NCBI GenBank assembly: GCA_034506395.1
Contig: JAPDPQ010000004.1
Coordinates: forward strand, 144,631 to 208,630
Origin: Candidatus Zhuqueibacterota bacterium
GTDB lineage: Bacteria > Zhuqueibacterota > Zhuqueibacteria > Thermofontimicrobiales > Thermofontimicrobiaceae
DNA: 64,000 bases
Reading direction: 5' to 3'
Shown: positions 40,193 through 52,044 of the stretch, piece after piece
How positions within the stretch are numbered: the first letter of the stretch is position 1
Layout: every line of letters starts with the position of its first letter
The notes under the pieces: model-generated
What the model was told of the DNA's origin: nothing
Databases searched by the model: none
The model's input: the letters and a program-made list of their open reading frames with translations, nothing else
Program-made: the position numbers and the translations under genes

Positions 40193-41371
40193 TTATTTCA
40201 CAAAATAAATTTCTGTCTGCCTCGGAGAGAGAAATTCGCAGCCGCGATCGGTGACCAAAACCTCCTCTTCGATCGTCGCTGTGCCGTATCCCTCACAAAA
40301 GACTCGAGGTTCAAGTGTGTAAACCTGTCCCTTCTCGACCTTAAAATAGGGCATTTTTCCATAGCGATCCCATCGCGGGCAAAGGGTACCGGCGCCGTCA
40401 TGAGCTGCTCGCCCCACTTGGTGGCCCAATCCATGTGGAAATTCTGCGAACCCCTGTGACACGATAAATTGTCGAGCCACAGCATCTACCTCCCAACCGG
40501 CAACACCAGGCTTCAGAAAAGCCGCTGCATGACTGATGGCATCGCGCACCGCCGCAAAAGCCTTTTGGACTGGCGCTGGTGCCGAAGTCTCCCCTTCTCG
40601 GAGAAAATACCAGGTCCGCTGCAAATCGGAAACATAATCATCCACTTTAACACCGAAATCAATGTTCAAAATATGGCCTGGAGCAGCAGCACGATCTGTT
40701 GGACCATAATGCGTCCCCGCCGTCTCTGGCCCAGTGAAGACCGATGGGCAGGTGGTCGCGTCCCATGCAAGTTCCGCACCAGCCTGTTTCACTTGCTCCA
40801 CCATAAAAGCAGCGACCTCCTTTTCTGTGATGCCAGGATGCAGAAGCCCTGTCACTCGGTTAAATATATCGATCGTCAAATTGATCGCTCGCCTCATCCG
40901 ATCGATCTCGGCTGGAGATTTTCTCCCTCTCAACGCAGCAATGATCTCTGTTGCAGAAACGAACCGATCCAGATAAGGCGTACCATTCAAATAATTGCAT
41001 AATAGCTGAAACATCCCGTGGGTAAGGCCATCCGCCATGTAGTCGTCTTGAGAATAATTGATCGCAATGGTTTTTGGCTGAAACCGATCCAGCAGCCCAA
41101 TCAAATCATCTCGCATCGAAGCAGTGTAACAGATCACTTCCTGATAGAGCCCGGAATCGTGAATATTATGATAATCGAGATTTCCAACGATCGCGGCGGT
41201 TTTTCCAGATTTGGAGATCAATAGCGCAGTGGGTGGCGTGCAATGAAGGCCCAGTACCAAGGGAAGACAAGGATCAGCCATGGCTTGCGTTTCGCGCACG
41301 AAGATCAGCCATAGATCGATGTCTTTTTCTTTTAGAATCTCTATTGCCTGAGTAATTTTTTCATTGACCAT
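40193..41371 (-). CDS. M24-family metallopeptidase (Xaa-Pro dipeptidase/creatinase-like)
   Basis: Pita-bread fold motifs HGLGHQVG and EPRVFCEGYGTATIEEEV. Confidence 0.85.
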   Translation of the reverse strand: MVNEKITQAIEILKEKDIDLWLIFVRETQAMADPCLPLVLGLHCTPPTALLISKSGKTAAIVGNLDYHNIHDSGLYQEVICYTASMRDDLIGLLDRFQPKTIAINYSQDDYMADGLTHGMFQLLCNYLNGTPYLDRFVSATEIIAALRGRKSPAEIDRMRRAINLTIDIFNRVTGLLHPGITEKEVAAFMVEQVKQAGAELAWDATTCPSVFTGPETAGTHYGPTDRAAAPGHILNIDFGVKVDDYVSDLQRTWYFLREGETSAPAPVQKAFAAVRDAISHAAAFLKPGVAGWEVDAVARQFIVSQGFAEFPHGLGHQVGRAAHDGAGTLCPRWDRYGKMPYFKVEKGQVYTLEPRVFCEGYGTATIEEEVLVTDRGCEFLSPRQTEIYFVK

Positions 41372-41689
41372 AGTGAGCCAAGATCCTTTCTTAATTGGTG
41401 CACGATCTCATTTAATTTAACGCGAGCATCAGAAATGTCATCCACTCCAGATATTGATGCTAAGTGTGAAATCGAATCAATTTCAAATCGTTTTCACTTA
41501 AATTTTTCGCCGAGAGCATCTGATTCTAAAATAGGCCTCGAATATTCCGCTGCCGCCAGATGGAGCTTTTGATTTGTGTAGTGGTTGATCAGATCGATGA
41601 AAAGAATTATGGGGCGACCAAATATCAAAAAGAAACCGAGATTCGATCTCGGTTTCATGGTTAAAAAATTTCTGTTGTCTGCAAAATGC

Positions 41690-42625
41690 TTACAGCTTGG
41701 TCTCTTCAACGGCTTTTTTCACAGCCTCCAAGGAATTCATCAGCATTTTATGCTCGTCTTCGGTGAGCTTAATTTCCAGCACTTTCTCGACGCCCCCAGC
41801 ACCGATCACAACTGGAACACCAATATAATAGCCATTGATCCCATATTCGCCTTCAAGATAGGCAGCACATGCCAAGATGCGCTTTTTATCTAACAAATAA
41901 GATTCAGCCATTTCAATAGCAGCGATGGCTGGGCTGAAAAATGCACTGCCATTGCCCAGCAGCTTTACGATCTCGGTGCCCGCTTCTCGCGTCCGAGTGA
42001 TGATGGCATCGATTTTTTCCTTCGGTAGCAGTTCGGTCAATGGAATACCACCAACGGTGGTAAGTCGAGGCAGCGGGACCATGGTAGGACCATGGCCGCC
42101 CAATACTGTCCCGGCCACATCTTCTGTGGAAACGCCCAATTCCATCGCAATAAAGGCGCGATATCGACCCGTATCCAACACTCCTGCCATGCCAACGACC
42201 TGATTCTTGGGAAAACCAGTAATCTTTTTGAAGGCATAAACCATTGCATCGAGCGGATTCGTTAGAATAATACAAAAAGCGTTGGGGCAATATTTTTTCA
42301 CATTTTGGGCCACCACAGTCATGGTTTTGATATTCACATCCAGCAAGTCTTCACGAGTCATTCCCGGCTTTCTCGGCACCCCAGCAGTGACGATAACGAC
42401 GTCCGCGCCTTTTATGTCTTCGAAGTTGCTCGTTCCGCTCAGCTTGACGTCCGTTCCCATTAGCGGCGTCCCTTCTAAGATGTCCAATGCCTTGCCCTTA
42501 GCCATCCCTTCACGTTCTGGGATCTCGACAACCACAGCATCGCCCAACTCTTTTTGAGCGACCAACAACGCCAAGATACCGCCAATCTGTCCACCACCAA
42601 TTAATGCAATCTTCTTTCTTGCCAT
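41690..42625 (-). CDS. mdh: Malate dehydrogenase (LDH-like MDH)
   Basis: KIALIGGGQIGG NAD motif, VIVTAGVPRKPGMTREDLL, ILTNPLD. Confidence 0.9.
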   Translation of the reverse strand: MARKKIALIGGGQIGGILALLVAQKELGDAVVVEIPEREGMAKGKALDILEGTPLMGTDVKLSGTSNFEDIKGADVVIVTAGVPRKPGMTREDLLDVNIKTMTVVAQNVKKYCPNAFCIILTNPLDAMVYAFKKITGFPKNQVVGMAGVLDTGRYRAFIAMELGVSTEDVAGTVLGGHGPTMVPLPRLTTVGGIPLTELLPKEKIDAIITRTREAGTEIVKLLGNGSAFFSPAIAAIEMAESYLLDKKRILACAAYLEGEYGINGYYIGVPVVIGAGGVEKVLEIKLTEDEHKMLMNSLEAVKKAVEETKL

Positions 42626-42770
42626 ATCTCTCTCCTCATTGTTTTGGTGTTCTGTGGCAATTGATTTATTGGTTTATCCATTTTTAGCCGAAATAGAGCG
42701 AACAGCGCTAGACAGAACGATTAGTGCAACAATTTTCTACCAGCGTTTGCGACACCAAACCGGAAACGGA

Positions 42771-43025
42771 CTAAGCTGCAATAACGTGGACAAATTTCTT
42801 GGACCGGCCGCTGGTGGTAAATTTCACAATCCCATCGATCTTGGCAAACAGGGTATAATCTCCTCCCATGCCGACATTCTGACCGGGATGGATTTTGGTT
42901 CCACATTGTCGCACCAGAATATTGCCTGCTAAAACCCGCTCGCCTCCAAACCGCTTCACACCCCGCATCTGGGGATTGCTATCACGACCGTTCTTCGAAC
43001 TCCCAACACCCTTTTTATGTGCCAT
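42771..43025 (-). CDS. rpmA: 50S ribosomal protein bL27
   Basis: [16 protein letters not shown]... near-universal N-terminus. Confidence 0.95.
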   Translation of the reverse strand: MAHKKGVGSSKNGRDSNPQMRGVKRFGGERVLAGNILVRQCGTKIHPGQNVGMGGDYTLFAKIDGIVKFTTSGRSKKFVHVIAA

Positions 43026-43050
43026 TGTTACTTCCTCCAGTTCAAATATA

Positions 43051-43365
43051 TTAACCCATCACAATGTCTTCGATTTTTAATCTGGTATAATCTTGACGAT
43101 GTCCTTTTTTAACTTTATAGCCTTCTCGCCTTTTTTTCTTAAAAATGATCACTTTCTTGCCCCTCGTAAAATCGACAATTGAGGCTTTTACCTGAGCCCC
43201 AGCTACCACCGGATTCCCAACTTTGATGCCATTATCATCGGCGATCAGCATCACGCGATCCAGAGCCACTGTCTCTCCTTGTTGGCCTTCGATCTTCGGA
43301 GCAAGAATCACATCATTTTTTGCGACTTTAAACTGCTGACCACCCACTTCAACGATAGCGTACAT
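43051..43365 (-). CDS. rplU: 50S ribosomal protein bL21
   Basis: [14 protein letters not shown]... Confidence 0.95.
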   Translation of the reverse strand: MYAIVEVGGQQFKVAKNDVILAPKIEGQQGETVALDRVMLIADDNGIKVGNPVVAGAQVKASIVDFTRGKKVIIFKKKRREGYKVKKGHRQDYTRLKIEDIVMG

Positions 43366-43635
43366 GAATCAAACCTCCACTGGTTAACTTTCATCGCTTT
43401 TCAATATCTCAGGCTTTCAACCTTTCCGTATCATTATCGCCATGCACCACAATTCGCCGCGATCATACTTGCTCGCGCGATTTGAGAACCATAGCACGCA
43501 CCCGATGATTGAATCTGGATCGAGCATCGCGATTGTTCAAACTGATTGCGGCAATGGGACAATACAAAAGCAAATCTGTTTAATTAAAAATATTGAAATA
43601 AGACGAGCCGAATATAAGAATTTTTATCGATCTTG

Positions 43636-45153
43636 TCAAGAGCTAAATTTGTCAGTTATATCAATATTGTCCTTTCTTGAGAAGAATCGGAACTCATCGA
43701 TTTCCAAATTTGGATCTTCTTGCAGGTCGATCAGCATTTTATGATGCCACATGAGCCTTCGAATCGGGCTCCGAATCCCTTCGGTCAAAAAGGCTTTAAT
43801 CTCAGGATGAGTGACCAGCTTAATGGTTCGCTCTTTAGCTGAGGCGCGAAATCTCCGCAACCAACGTTCGATCTTGGTGAGAATGGTCGATTTGGCCGTG
43901 ATGCGGCCCAGGCCACGACAAGTGGGACAGGTTTCGCTGAAGGTAAACAGTAAGCTAGGCCGAACTCGTTCGCGCGTCATTTCAATCAACCCGAATTCGC
44001 TGATCGGTGCGATATTCGCCTGGGCACGATCTTTTGCCAACTCCCGCTTGAACTCCTCATAAAGACGACGCTTGTTTCGCTCGTCCCTCATATCGATAAA
44101 ATCAATCACAATGATGCCACCAAGGTCACGGAGCCGAAGCTGCCGGGCAATTTCCACCGCTGCCTCAAGATTGATCCGCAACGAGTTCTGTTCGTGGTCG
44201 CGATGACCTATAAACTTCCCACTATTCACATCAATCGCTACTAAAGCCTCGGTCTGATCGAAAATAATATATCCCCCGCTCTTCAGCCATACTTTGCGCG
44301 CCAAGCTCTTTTCGATTTCGGGTTCAATGCCGTAATAATCAAAAATCGGCAATTTTTTATTGTACAATTCAACCGAATCGACCATGCTTCGCGCAACATC
44401 TTTGAGGTATGTGGTAATCTCTTTATATAATTTCTTTGAATCCACCACCAATCGGGTCACGTCGCTGGTAAACAGATCGCGGATTACGCTGGAGGTCATT
44501 CCCATATCCTTATAAACCAGCAGAGGAGGTTTAGCGCCTTTCAGTTTCTTTTCAATTTTATGCCAGACTTTGAGGAGCGATTCGACATCAGCCTTGAGCA
44601 CTTCTTCAGTGCGGCCTTCAGCGACCGTTCGGACGATCAAACCAAAACCTTCGGGCCGAATAGAACGGGCAATTTTTCTGAGCCGCTTCCGCTCTTTCAC
44701 ACTCTCAATCTTCTTTGAGACGCCAACCATTGACGAATTGGGGACCAAGACGCAAAATCGGCCCGGCAGTGAGATTTGCGTGGTAAGCCGTGATCCCTTG
44801 TTGCTGATTGGCTCTTTGATGATCTGCACCAAGATCTCCTGCCCCACTTTTATCTGATCTGGGGCAAATTCTTGGGGTTCATGGTTGTCTTCATCTCGGT
44901 CGATCAGCGCGCTGACGGTGGTGAAGGACTCACCGATATCCGAGAAATGGAGAAAAGCATCTTGTTTCTGTCCGATATTCACAAAGGCCGCCCGCATGCC
45001 TTTAACGACATTCACCACTTTGCCCAGATAAATATCACCGACCATCCGCTCGCGCTCGGGCTTTTCCACGAACAACTCTACTAATTTCCCATCCTCAAGA
45101 ATCGCAATGCGTGTCTCGCCGATTGATGCATTGATGATTATCTCTTTTTGCAT
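43636..45153 (-). CDS. rng: Ribonuclease G/E family endoribonuclease
   Basis: N-terminal S1 domain, DNase-I-like catalytic core and Zn-link CPTCRG. Confidence 0.9.
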   Translation of the reverse strand: MQKEIIINASIGETRIAILEDGKLVELFVEKPERERMVGDIYLGKVVNVVKGMRAAFVNIGQKQDAFLHFSDIGESFTTVSALIDRDEDNHEPQEFAPDQIKVGQEILVQIIKEPISNKGSRLTTQISLPGRFCVLVPNSSMVGVSKKIESVKERKRLRKIARSIRPEGFGLIVRTVAEGRTEEVLKADVESLLKVWHKIEKKLKGAKPPLLVYKDMGMTSSVIRDLFTSDVTRLVVDSKKLYKEITTYLKDVARSMVDSVELYNKKLPIFDYYGIEPEIEKSLARKVWLKSGGYIIFDQTEALVAIDVNSGKFIGHRDHEQNSLRINLEAAVEIARQLRLRDLGGIIVIDFIDMRDERNKRRLYEEFKRELAKDRAQANIAPISEFGLIEMTRERVRPSLLFTFSETCPTCRGLGRITAKSTILTKIERWLRRFRASAKERTIKLVTHPEIKAFLTEGIRSPIRRLMWHHKMLIDLQEDPNLEIDEFRFFSRKDNIDITDKFSS

Positions 45154-45186
45154 AGATACGCTTATCCTATCTTAATGTCTGATTGC

Positions 45187-47802
45187 TTACACGTCCAGAG
45201 GAGTCGCTTTCACATCGCCGAATTGAACGTAGAGTTCAGAGCGATGGACACGACTTAATGCGATCTCCTCTTCGGTTAGCGACAAAAGTTCGCTGAGAAT
45301 TTCTGATACCCGAGCTGTTTTGCCGTTGACAAAAATCAGCGACAGCCGCAATCGATTGTCACTTGGGGCGGCAATGGATGCGATGAACGGACGAATATCA
45401 ATTGGTTGCGTCTCATCGTTCCGATGCCGCTGGACAACGATCTGCTTTCGGTTCAAAAACTCAGCGATGCTGTGATTAAGATAGGATTGGTCAAAAGCGC
45501 GATTCAATTCAACTTCGTATTCTGCTCGATTGATGATTGAGGTCAGAGATTGATGTTTGCCATAGAGGCTTCGGATTTGGAGAATTCTTAGGCCCTCGGG
45601 CAAGACACGATTGAGACTGGTTTTCAGATCCAGTTCCCGGTCCCGATAATACTCCACATCCATATACTCAGCCGAACTGGTATATCCCATTGCTAAGGGC
45701 GGGCCGTAAGCAATGCGCGGATGCGGATGATAACCCTGAGAATAAACTAAACGAATACCGGCACGCCGAAACGCTCGTTCAAATAGTCGAATTAAATCCA
45801 AATGGGACACAAATCGTACCGGTATGCCTTTTTCGTATTTGATTCGGACTTCGCGGATAGCTGGTTCGCTAATTGGCTTCAGCCGCTTCATCGAGCGACC
45901 ATACTCTGCAACTGCGCCGGAATCCCGTTCTGCAACAGCTTGTGCGGATGATTTGGCCTGGCGATTTTGATAAAGAATATCTTGACAGTTCGGCTGAAGC
46001 ATCATCCCGCACGCATGGCAAAAACTAGTCCGACAATCCTCAGTGGCCTTTCCTTGCATTGCCCACTGATATTCTCGCTCCAAAAATTTTTTGGTCACCC
46101 CTTTGCTGATATGGTCCCAGGGCAATGGTTCATCCAATCGTCGTTCCCGCAGGTAGGATTCAGGATCGATGTGAAGCTGAGCAAATGCTTGTTGCCAGAT
46201 ATCAAATCTGAATTGATCACTCCAAGCGTCGAATTTCGCCCCCATCTGCCAGGCGCGATAGATCACATCTCCCACCCGACGATCCCCTCGGGCGAAAATC
46301 CCCTCCAGATATGCGGCCTCTGGTTCTCGCCAATTGAATTTCACCTTCCCATTAGACAAACGATCCTTCAAATAAAAGATCTTTTCGCGCATTTGGTCAA
46401 TCGAATCCTGTCTCGCCCATTGAAATGGGGTATGAGGCTTGGGACAAAACGGCGAGATCGACAGATGGATCGCTTTGCCTTTATATTTGTTGGCCACCTT
46501 TATCACTTCCTGGACGAGAGCGATAATCCCATCAAGATCAGCCAACGTTTCTGTGGGCTGCCCAATCATAAAATAGAGTTTCACCTTCTCCCAGCCCTGG
46601 CTGAAAGCGATCTCAATCGCCCGGAGCAGGTCCTCATTACGATTGGTCTTATTAATGACGTTTCTTAGGCGCTCAGTCCCCGCTTCTGGAGCTAAAGTTA
46701 AGCCCGATTTCTTTACTCTTTTGGCATGCATCGCCATCTCCACCGTAAAGCTCTCGGTTCGCAATGATGGAAACGACACATTGACCATGAGCGGCTCCAG
46801 TACTCGATTCAGCCGCGTCATTAATACGCCTAATTGACTGTAATCTGAACTGGAAAGCGATGCCAGGGAAATTTCATCGTACCCAGTATTTCGGATCACA
46901 GCAGTCACATGCTCTACCAGTTCATCGACCGATCGTTCTCTCACCGGCCGATAAATGATCCCGGCATTGCAAAAACGGCACCCCTGCGTACACCCCCGCA
47001 TGATCTCCACGGAATAGCGATCGTGGGTCACTTCAATCAATGGAACCAGCGGCTTCTGAGGATAATCCTCAGGCTTAAGGCGATCGACCGTTCTGGCAAC
47101 GACCGTCTCTGGAATCCCGTCACAAGTGGGCGTGAGCTTTGCCCCTTCGGCACTGTTTTTTGTTGACGCCTGATAATAGATGGGAACATAAACGCCCGGG
47201 ATCTGAGCGAGCTTGACCAACATATCCTTTCTTGAAAGTCCCTGGCGCTTCGCCGTTAGAACCAATCGGGAAATTTCGAGGGCAATCTCTTCACCGTCTC
47301 CAATGACAAAAGCATCAATAAACGACGCTAAAGGCTCTGGATTAAAAGCGCATGGACCTCCAGCAATGACGAGGGGTTGTTGGTCTTCCCGCTGATCAGA
47401 GAAAATGGGAATGCCAGCCAGATCTAAAATATTCAGCACATTGGTATACTGAAGTTCATATTGCAAAGTGAAACCCAAAATATCAAACGCTGTTAGGGGG
47501 CTTTTGCTCTCCAAAGAGAAGAGCGGCAACTTTTTCTCGCGCAATCTTTGTTCCAGATCGGTTGCCGGTGCATAGACTCGTTCGGCAACAATATCGGCCT
47601 CGCGATTCAGTATATGATATAAAATCTCAAAGCCGATATGTGACATCCCAATCTCATAAAGGTCGGGGAAAACCAACGCGAACTTTAATCGATCTTTTGA
47701 CCAATCCTTTTTTATAACATTTATCTCATTCCCGGTATAACGCCCGGGCTTGTTTACTAAAGGAAATATCTCTTGATTTAAAATCGTTTCTAATTCGTTC
47801 AT
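45187..47802 (-). CDS. B12-binding-domain radical SAM protein (TIGR03960-type) fused to a DUF2344/TIGR03936 domain; start taken at MNELE, and the track ORF runs further upstream through non-coding sequence
   Basis: CTQGCRFC radical-SAM cluster motif; known conserved linkage next to rng. Confidence 0.8.
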   Translation of the reverse strand: MNELETILNQEIFPLVNKPGRYTGNEINVIKKDWSKDRLKFALVFPDLYEIGMSHIGFEILYHILNREADIVAERVYAPATDLEQRLREKKLPLFSLESKSPLTAFDILGFTLQYELQYTNVLNILDLAGIPIFSDQREDQQPLVIAGGPCAFNPEPLASFIDAFVIGDGEEIALEISRLVLTAKRQGLSRKDMLVKLAQIPGVYVPIYYQASTKNSAEGAKLTPTCDGIPETVVARTVDRLKPEDYPQKPLVPLIEVTHDRYSVEIMRGCTQGCRFCNAGIIYRPVRERSVDELVEHVTAVIRNTGYDEISLASLSSSDYSQLGVLMTRLNRVLEPLMVNVSFPSLRTESFTVEMAMHAKRVKKSGLTLAPEAGTERLRNVINKTNRNEDLLRAIEIAFSQGWEKVKLYFMIGQPTETLADLDGIIALVQEVIKVANKYKGKAIHLSISPFCPKPHTPFQWARQDSIDQMREKIFYLKDRLSNGKVKFNWREPEAAYLEGIFARGDRRVGDVIYRAWQMGAKFDAWSDQFRFDIWQQAFAQLHIDPESYLRERRLDEPLPWDHISKGVTKKFLEREYQWAMQGKATEDCRTSFCHACGMMLQPNCQDILYQNRQAKSSAQAVAERDSGAVAEYGRSMKRLKPISEPAIREVRIKYEKGIPVRFVSHLDLIRLFERAFRRAGIRLVYSQGYHPHPRIAYGPPLAMGYTSSAEYMDVEYYRDRELDLKTSLNRVLPEGLRILQIRSLYGKHQSLTSIINRAEYEVELNRAFDQSYLNHSIAEFLNRKQIVVQRHRNDETQPIDIRPFIASIAAPSDNRLRLSLIFVNGKTARVSEILSELLSLTEEEIALSRVHRSELYVQFGDVKATPLDV

Positions 47803-48134
47803 GAAATTTATGACTCTTTCGCCAGAACAATTTAAAAATAACCAAATGGTCTCGCCGCGATAGGCATCATGTATTCTAACTCTTCGATCGCGGAACTGAA
47901 GTGCTATACAACCAAAAATCCGAAGTTGAACAGTCGGCTCTGGGGAAGATTCAAATGTCCACGTTCGTCGATTTGCGCTTGGGTATTGGCATCTCGTAAC
48001 CCAACTCAAAAAACTTGTCTATTCAACGTGCTGCTAAAATTAAAAGTTCCTATTGTGCTAAATTAACTCTGCGTTTCAGTTCACGATAAGAGCTCGAATA
48101 TGCTGTACAATCGGAGTTGCGCGATCCCAGGTAA

Positions 48135-49568
48135 TTATGCATAATTTTCTTTGACGAACCGAACTCCTTCTTCCACAGCCTTAAGGTTGATGTCCACATA
48201 TTTCTTTTTCTTGATCGATTTGCGAATGGCATCAAACGCAAGTCGATAATCCATAATTTTGGTATACTCGAGATACGCTCCAATGCAAACCATATTCGCA
48301 GCGGCGGTCAGTCCCAATTTCGAGGCCATTTCTGTCAATGGGATATACATAACACGAACGTCGCTGCGCTTCACTTTTCGTTCAACGATCGAGGAATTGA
48401 CGATAATCAATCCACCTGGAACCACCGTATCCTCGAACGCATCAAGCGATGGGCCGTTCATGGCGATCAACACATTGGGATTGGTGGCGAGCGGTGAACC
48501 AATTCGCTTGTTCGACAAGATCACGCTGCAATTGGCCGTCCCTCCGCGCATCTCTGGACCGTAGGAGGGAATCCAACTCACTTGAAGGTCCTGTTCCATG
48601 GCCGCGGCAGCTAAGATCACGCCTGCTGTCAATACCCCCTGACCACCGAAACCAGCAATTTTTAGAATTTGTTCTGGAAATTTTCGGACAAAATCTGCAT
48701 CGTGTTCTTTTTCTTCTTCGAGCTCTAACAATCCCAGAATCTCGAGGACTTCCCGATCAGTATATTGTTTCTGCTCATATACCCTTGGCTCCGCTTTTTC
48801 TGAGGTGTCTTTAAAGACCTGGACCGGAAAATAGGACATCATATTGTCTCTGATCCAGCGCTGCGCCTCTACTGGGGTCAGTTTCCAGCCAGTGGGGCAA
48901 GGAGATAATACCTCGATGAAAGAAAAGCCTTTGTTATCAATCTGATTTTTGATCGCCTTTCGAATCGCCCTTCGGGTGCGGCTAATTGTTTTGAAATCCA
49001 CCAGCGCAGTACGCTCCACATAAACGGGTGACTCCAATGTGCTGATAATTTCGCACATTCGAATCGGATAGCCCTCGTTGCTCGGTTTTCGACCGTAAGG
49101 ACTGGTAGTAGTCCGCTGCCCTACCAAGGTCGTCGGAGCCATTTGTCCCCCAGTCATCCCATAAATAGCGTTATTAACAAAAATCACGGTGATATTCTCA
49201 CCACGATTGGCAGCATTGATGATCTCAGCCCCACCGATGGCCGCCAAATCTCCATCGCCCTGATAAGAAATAACGATGCTCTCCGGATTTGCGCGCTTCA
49301 AACCAGTCGCGACCGCCGGGGCGCGACCATGAGCCGCCTGAATATTGCCTACATCAAAATAATAATAAGCAAAAACCGAGCAACCTACCGGCGACACCAA
49401 AATCGTCCGATCGGCAACGCCAAATTCATCCAGGGTTTCAGCCAGTATCTTATGGATGTTGCCATGACCGCATCCAGGACAATAATGGGTGGTTTGAGGT
49501 TGTGTCTTGCCTTTTCGTTCAAATATATCATAAAAGGATTTCGGTTTGGCTAATAATTGGGCCTTCAT
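48135..49568 (-). CDS. 2-oxoacid:ferredoxin oxidoreductase beta (TPP) subunit fused to the gamma subunit; start at MKAQLL with SD AGAGGAG
   Basis: TPP-binding YCPGCGHG...GDGD...N, then gamma-like IAGFGGQGVLTAG. Confidence 0.8.
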   Translation of the reverse strand: MKAQLLAKPKSFYDIFERKGKTQPQTTHYCPGCGHGNIHKILAETLDEFGVADRTILVSPVGCSVFAYYYFDVGNIQAAHGRAPAVATGLKRANPESIVISYQGDGDLAAIGGAEIINAANRGENITVIFVNNAIYGMTGGQMAPTTLVGQRTTTSPYGRKPSNEGYPIRMCEIISTLESPVYVERTALVDFKTISRTRRAIRKAIKNQIDNKGFSFIEVLSPCPTGWKLTPVEAQRWIRDNMMSYFPVQVFKDTSEKAEPRVYEQKQYTDREVLEILGLLELEEEKEHDADFVRKFPEQILKIAGFGGQGVLTAGVILAAAAMEQDLQVSWIPSYGPEMRGGTANCSVILSNKRIGSPLATNPNVLIAMNGPSLDAFEDTVVPGGLIIVNSSIVERKVKRSDVRVMYIPLTEMASKLGLTAAANMVCIGAYLEYTKIMDYRLAFDAIRKSIKKKKYVDINLKAVEEGVRFVKENYA

Positions 49569-49666
49569 GTTTGCTCCTCTGAATGTATTTATTCGCTTCT
49601 CAGCAAATCCACGATCACATCTTACAACATTCACTACGCTTTTGATCGCATCTCTCAGACATATGA

Positions 49667-50719
49667 TCATTTAATATACTTTCGAGCCTGAGCCACCAGC
49701 TCTTCAACGGTTGGAATAGCTCCGCCCATCCGGGAATAAAAATGCACGGGCCGTCGACCATTGACTGCCAGCCGAACATCGTCCAACATCTGTCCATTGC
49801 TCAGCTCAACAACCAAAAATTGTTTCACGCGCTCGCTTAGCTCGGCCACATGTCGGCTGGGGAATGGGAAAAGCGTAATCGGTCTAAATAAACCAACTTT
49901 TTTTCCCTCGGCACGAAGGATCTCAGTGACATTCAATAGCAGGCGCGAGACAATTCCGTATCCCGCCACGACGAGTTCAGCATCATCGGCGTAAAGTGTT
50001 TCATAGCGGACTTCGTTACGCTCCATTTCGGCATATTTTTGTTGCAGCTTTTTGTTGTGCTCTTCAAGAAGCTGGGTATTCATCAATATCGAAGTGATCA
50101 AATTATTTTTACTCGCCCGATTGCCGTAGAGCGCCCAGTCCTTGTGAGGGACTTTTTTCCGAGTGGTTGGAAATTCGACTGGTTCCATCATCTGCCCGAT
50201 ATATGCATCGGTCAGAACCACACAAGGATTTCGATATTTGTCCGCTAGTTCGAAGGCCAACATCGTCAGATCGCACATTTCTTGCGCAGAGTTCGGAGCC
50301 AATACAATGTTTCGATAATTACCATGCCCACCCCCTTTGACAATTTGATTATAATCGCCCTGCTCAGGCCAAATATTTCCTAACCCTGGGCCAGCCCGCA
50401 TTACATCGATGATTACGCAAGGCAATTCCGCACCTGCACAATACGAGATCCCCTCTTGCTTCAAACTTAACCCGGGTCCAGAAGAGGCGGTCATCACCCG
50501 CTTCCCGGCAGCCGCAGCCCCATAAACCATATTGATCGAAGCAATCTCGCTTTCCGCCTGGACGAATGTTCCCCCCATCAATGGAAAATAATAAGCCGCA
50601 GCTTCGGCAATTTCGCTGGCTGGCGTAATTGGATACCCAAAGTAGAGACTGCATCCCGCCAATAGCGCCCCTTTCACCACCGCCTCGTTGCCTTTAATCA
50701 ATTCTTTCCGCATGCTCAT
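49667..50719 (-). CDS. 2-oxoacid:ferredoxin oxidoreductase alpha subunit
   Basis: [15 protein letters not shown]...YPITPASEI, the PorA/KorA N-terminus. Confidence 0.85.
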   Translation of the reverse strand: MSMRKELIKGNEAVVKGALLAGCSLYFGYPITPASEIAEAAAYYFPLMGGTFVQAESEIASINMVYGAAAAGKRVMTASSGPGLSLKQEGISYCAGAELPCVIIDVMRAGPGLGNIWPEQGDYNQIVKGGGHGNYRNIVLAPNSAQEMCDLTMLAFELADKYRNPCVVLTDAYIGQMMEPVEFPTTRKKVPHKDWALYGNRASKNNLITSILMNTQLLEEHNKKLQQKYAEMERNEVRYETLYADDAELVVAGYGIVSRLLLNVTEILRAEGKKVGLFRPITLFPFPSRHVAELSERVKQFLVVELSNGQMLDDVRLAVNGRRPVHFYSRMGGAIPTVEELVAQARKYIK

Positions 50720-50976
50720 TCTCCTTTACCTTCCTTGACCTTCTTATATACGATTATCGCACCAGGCTCAGGACAACAATAGAAGCAAACGCCACATCCA
50801 GTACATCCCTCACCAACATAGGCAGCATACTTATACCCCATTTCGTTGAACTTATCAGTGAATTGAATCACATGTTGGGGACAATGCTCAATACACAAAC
50901 CGCAGCCTTTGCATAGATGACTTACCACCTCAAGCCGAGGCACCGCTCCTTCGACCTCAATAATCTCATCAACCAT
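50716..50976 (-). CDS. 2-oxoacid:ferredoxin oxidoreductase delta subunit (2x[4Fe-4S] ferredoxin)
   Basis: [12 protein letters not shown] and [12 protein letters not shown]. Confidence 0.8.
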   Translation of the reverse strand: MVDEIIEVEGAVPRLEVVSHLCKGCGLCIEHCPQHVIQFTDKFNEMGYKYAAYVGEGCTGCGVCFYCCPEPGAIIVYKKVKEGKGE

Positions 50977-52044
50977 GAGCGACTCCTTACTCCATTTTAT
51001 CGGTTTGCACTTTTTCTATAATGTTATTCCGAAAAAAAGGAATTCACCAATATTAGATAATCTAATCCCAATTTTCATTATAACAATTTTTTTGCTAAGT
51101 TGCAAGCTCTTTTTCAAACTGCTCGGCTTTTCAACGTGCATCGTTCATCTTTATCCCTCTGAAACTGAATCTGCAGTGATCACAAAAACCCTCTTTATAG
51201 AGCTCTCCAAAAAACAGAATATCAATTTCGCGATTCAGCAATAAAACAGATGTTCCTTGGAAATCCCCCTTCAATGTCAAACCTTGTGCACTGGCCAACC
51301 AGAGTCCCCTGATCTGAATCTCAATCTTGATCTTCCAACTTGAACTATGAAATCAAATATGTGTTAAAAAAAAATCAAAGAATCATTTTTATGGTGACTT
51401 CATGTTTAAAAACTATATTTCATCGGTAAGATCATGAGATGCATTGAGGAAAAATTCCTCTTCAGATTCGTTAGAAAAAAAGATACTTGGTGATCAGTTA
51501 ATCAGGGGCTACCTCACACTGAGCATTATTTGATCCAAACTAATGAGCGAAAAAGTTTTTATGTAGCCCACAATTTTTAGCTTGACAAGATGTAAAAATT
51601 TTTATATGTTTACTATGGAATTTCCCCTGGCAAACATTGACGGCGTAGAGAAGGCATCTAACCTTAATGGGTGATTGGTTCGATATTGGAATGCGGTAGT
51701 TCTGGACTAATGATGAATGACATCAATAAGTAGCGTTGTTTTATCCTTTCAATATTTTTTTTAAATCCTCTGCGCTCCATGAGACTTGTGAAGCTTGTCC
51801 AGGAGGCGAATTTTTCAGATCCGACTTAGCTTGGTCATCAATTGTATTTGAGTTCGCACCTCAAGGCGAAATCGCCTAAGCAGTACAACTGAGCAGCTCA
51901 ACCAGTGATGATTGGCGGATTGTATGAATCTCGCCTGATCAATTTTTATGGCGTAAGGCAGCATTAATCGATAAATTACCTACTATCCAATTGCCCGATT
52001 CCCCGATCGAAAAATTTTCTATACTGAATTGAAGCGAGGTATCC

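Noticed and set aside
47803-48009. N-terminal 69-aa extension of the radical-SAM ORF in the track
   Set aside because: The extension MSWVTRCQYPSANRR... is not protein-like. The conserved N-terminus begins at MNELETILNQ, with a shorter intergenic distance.
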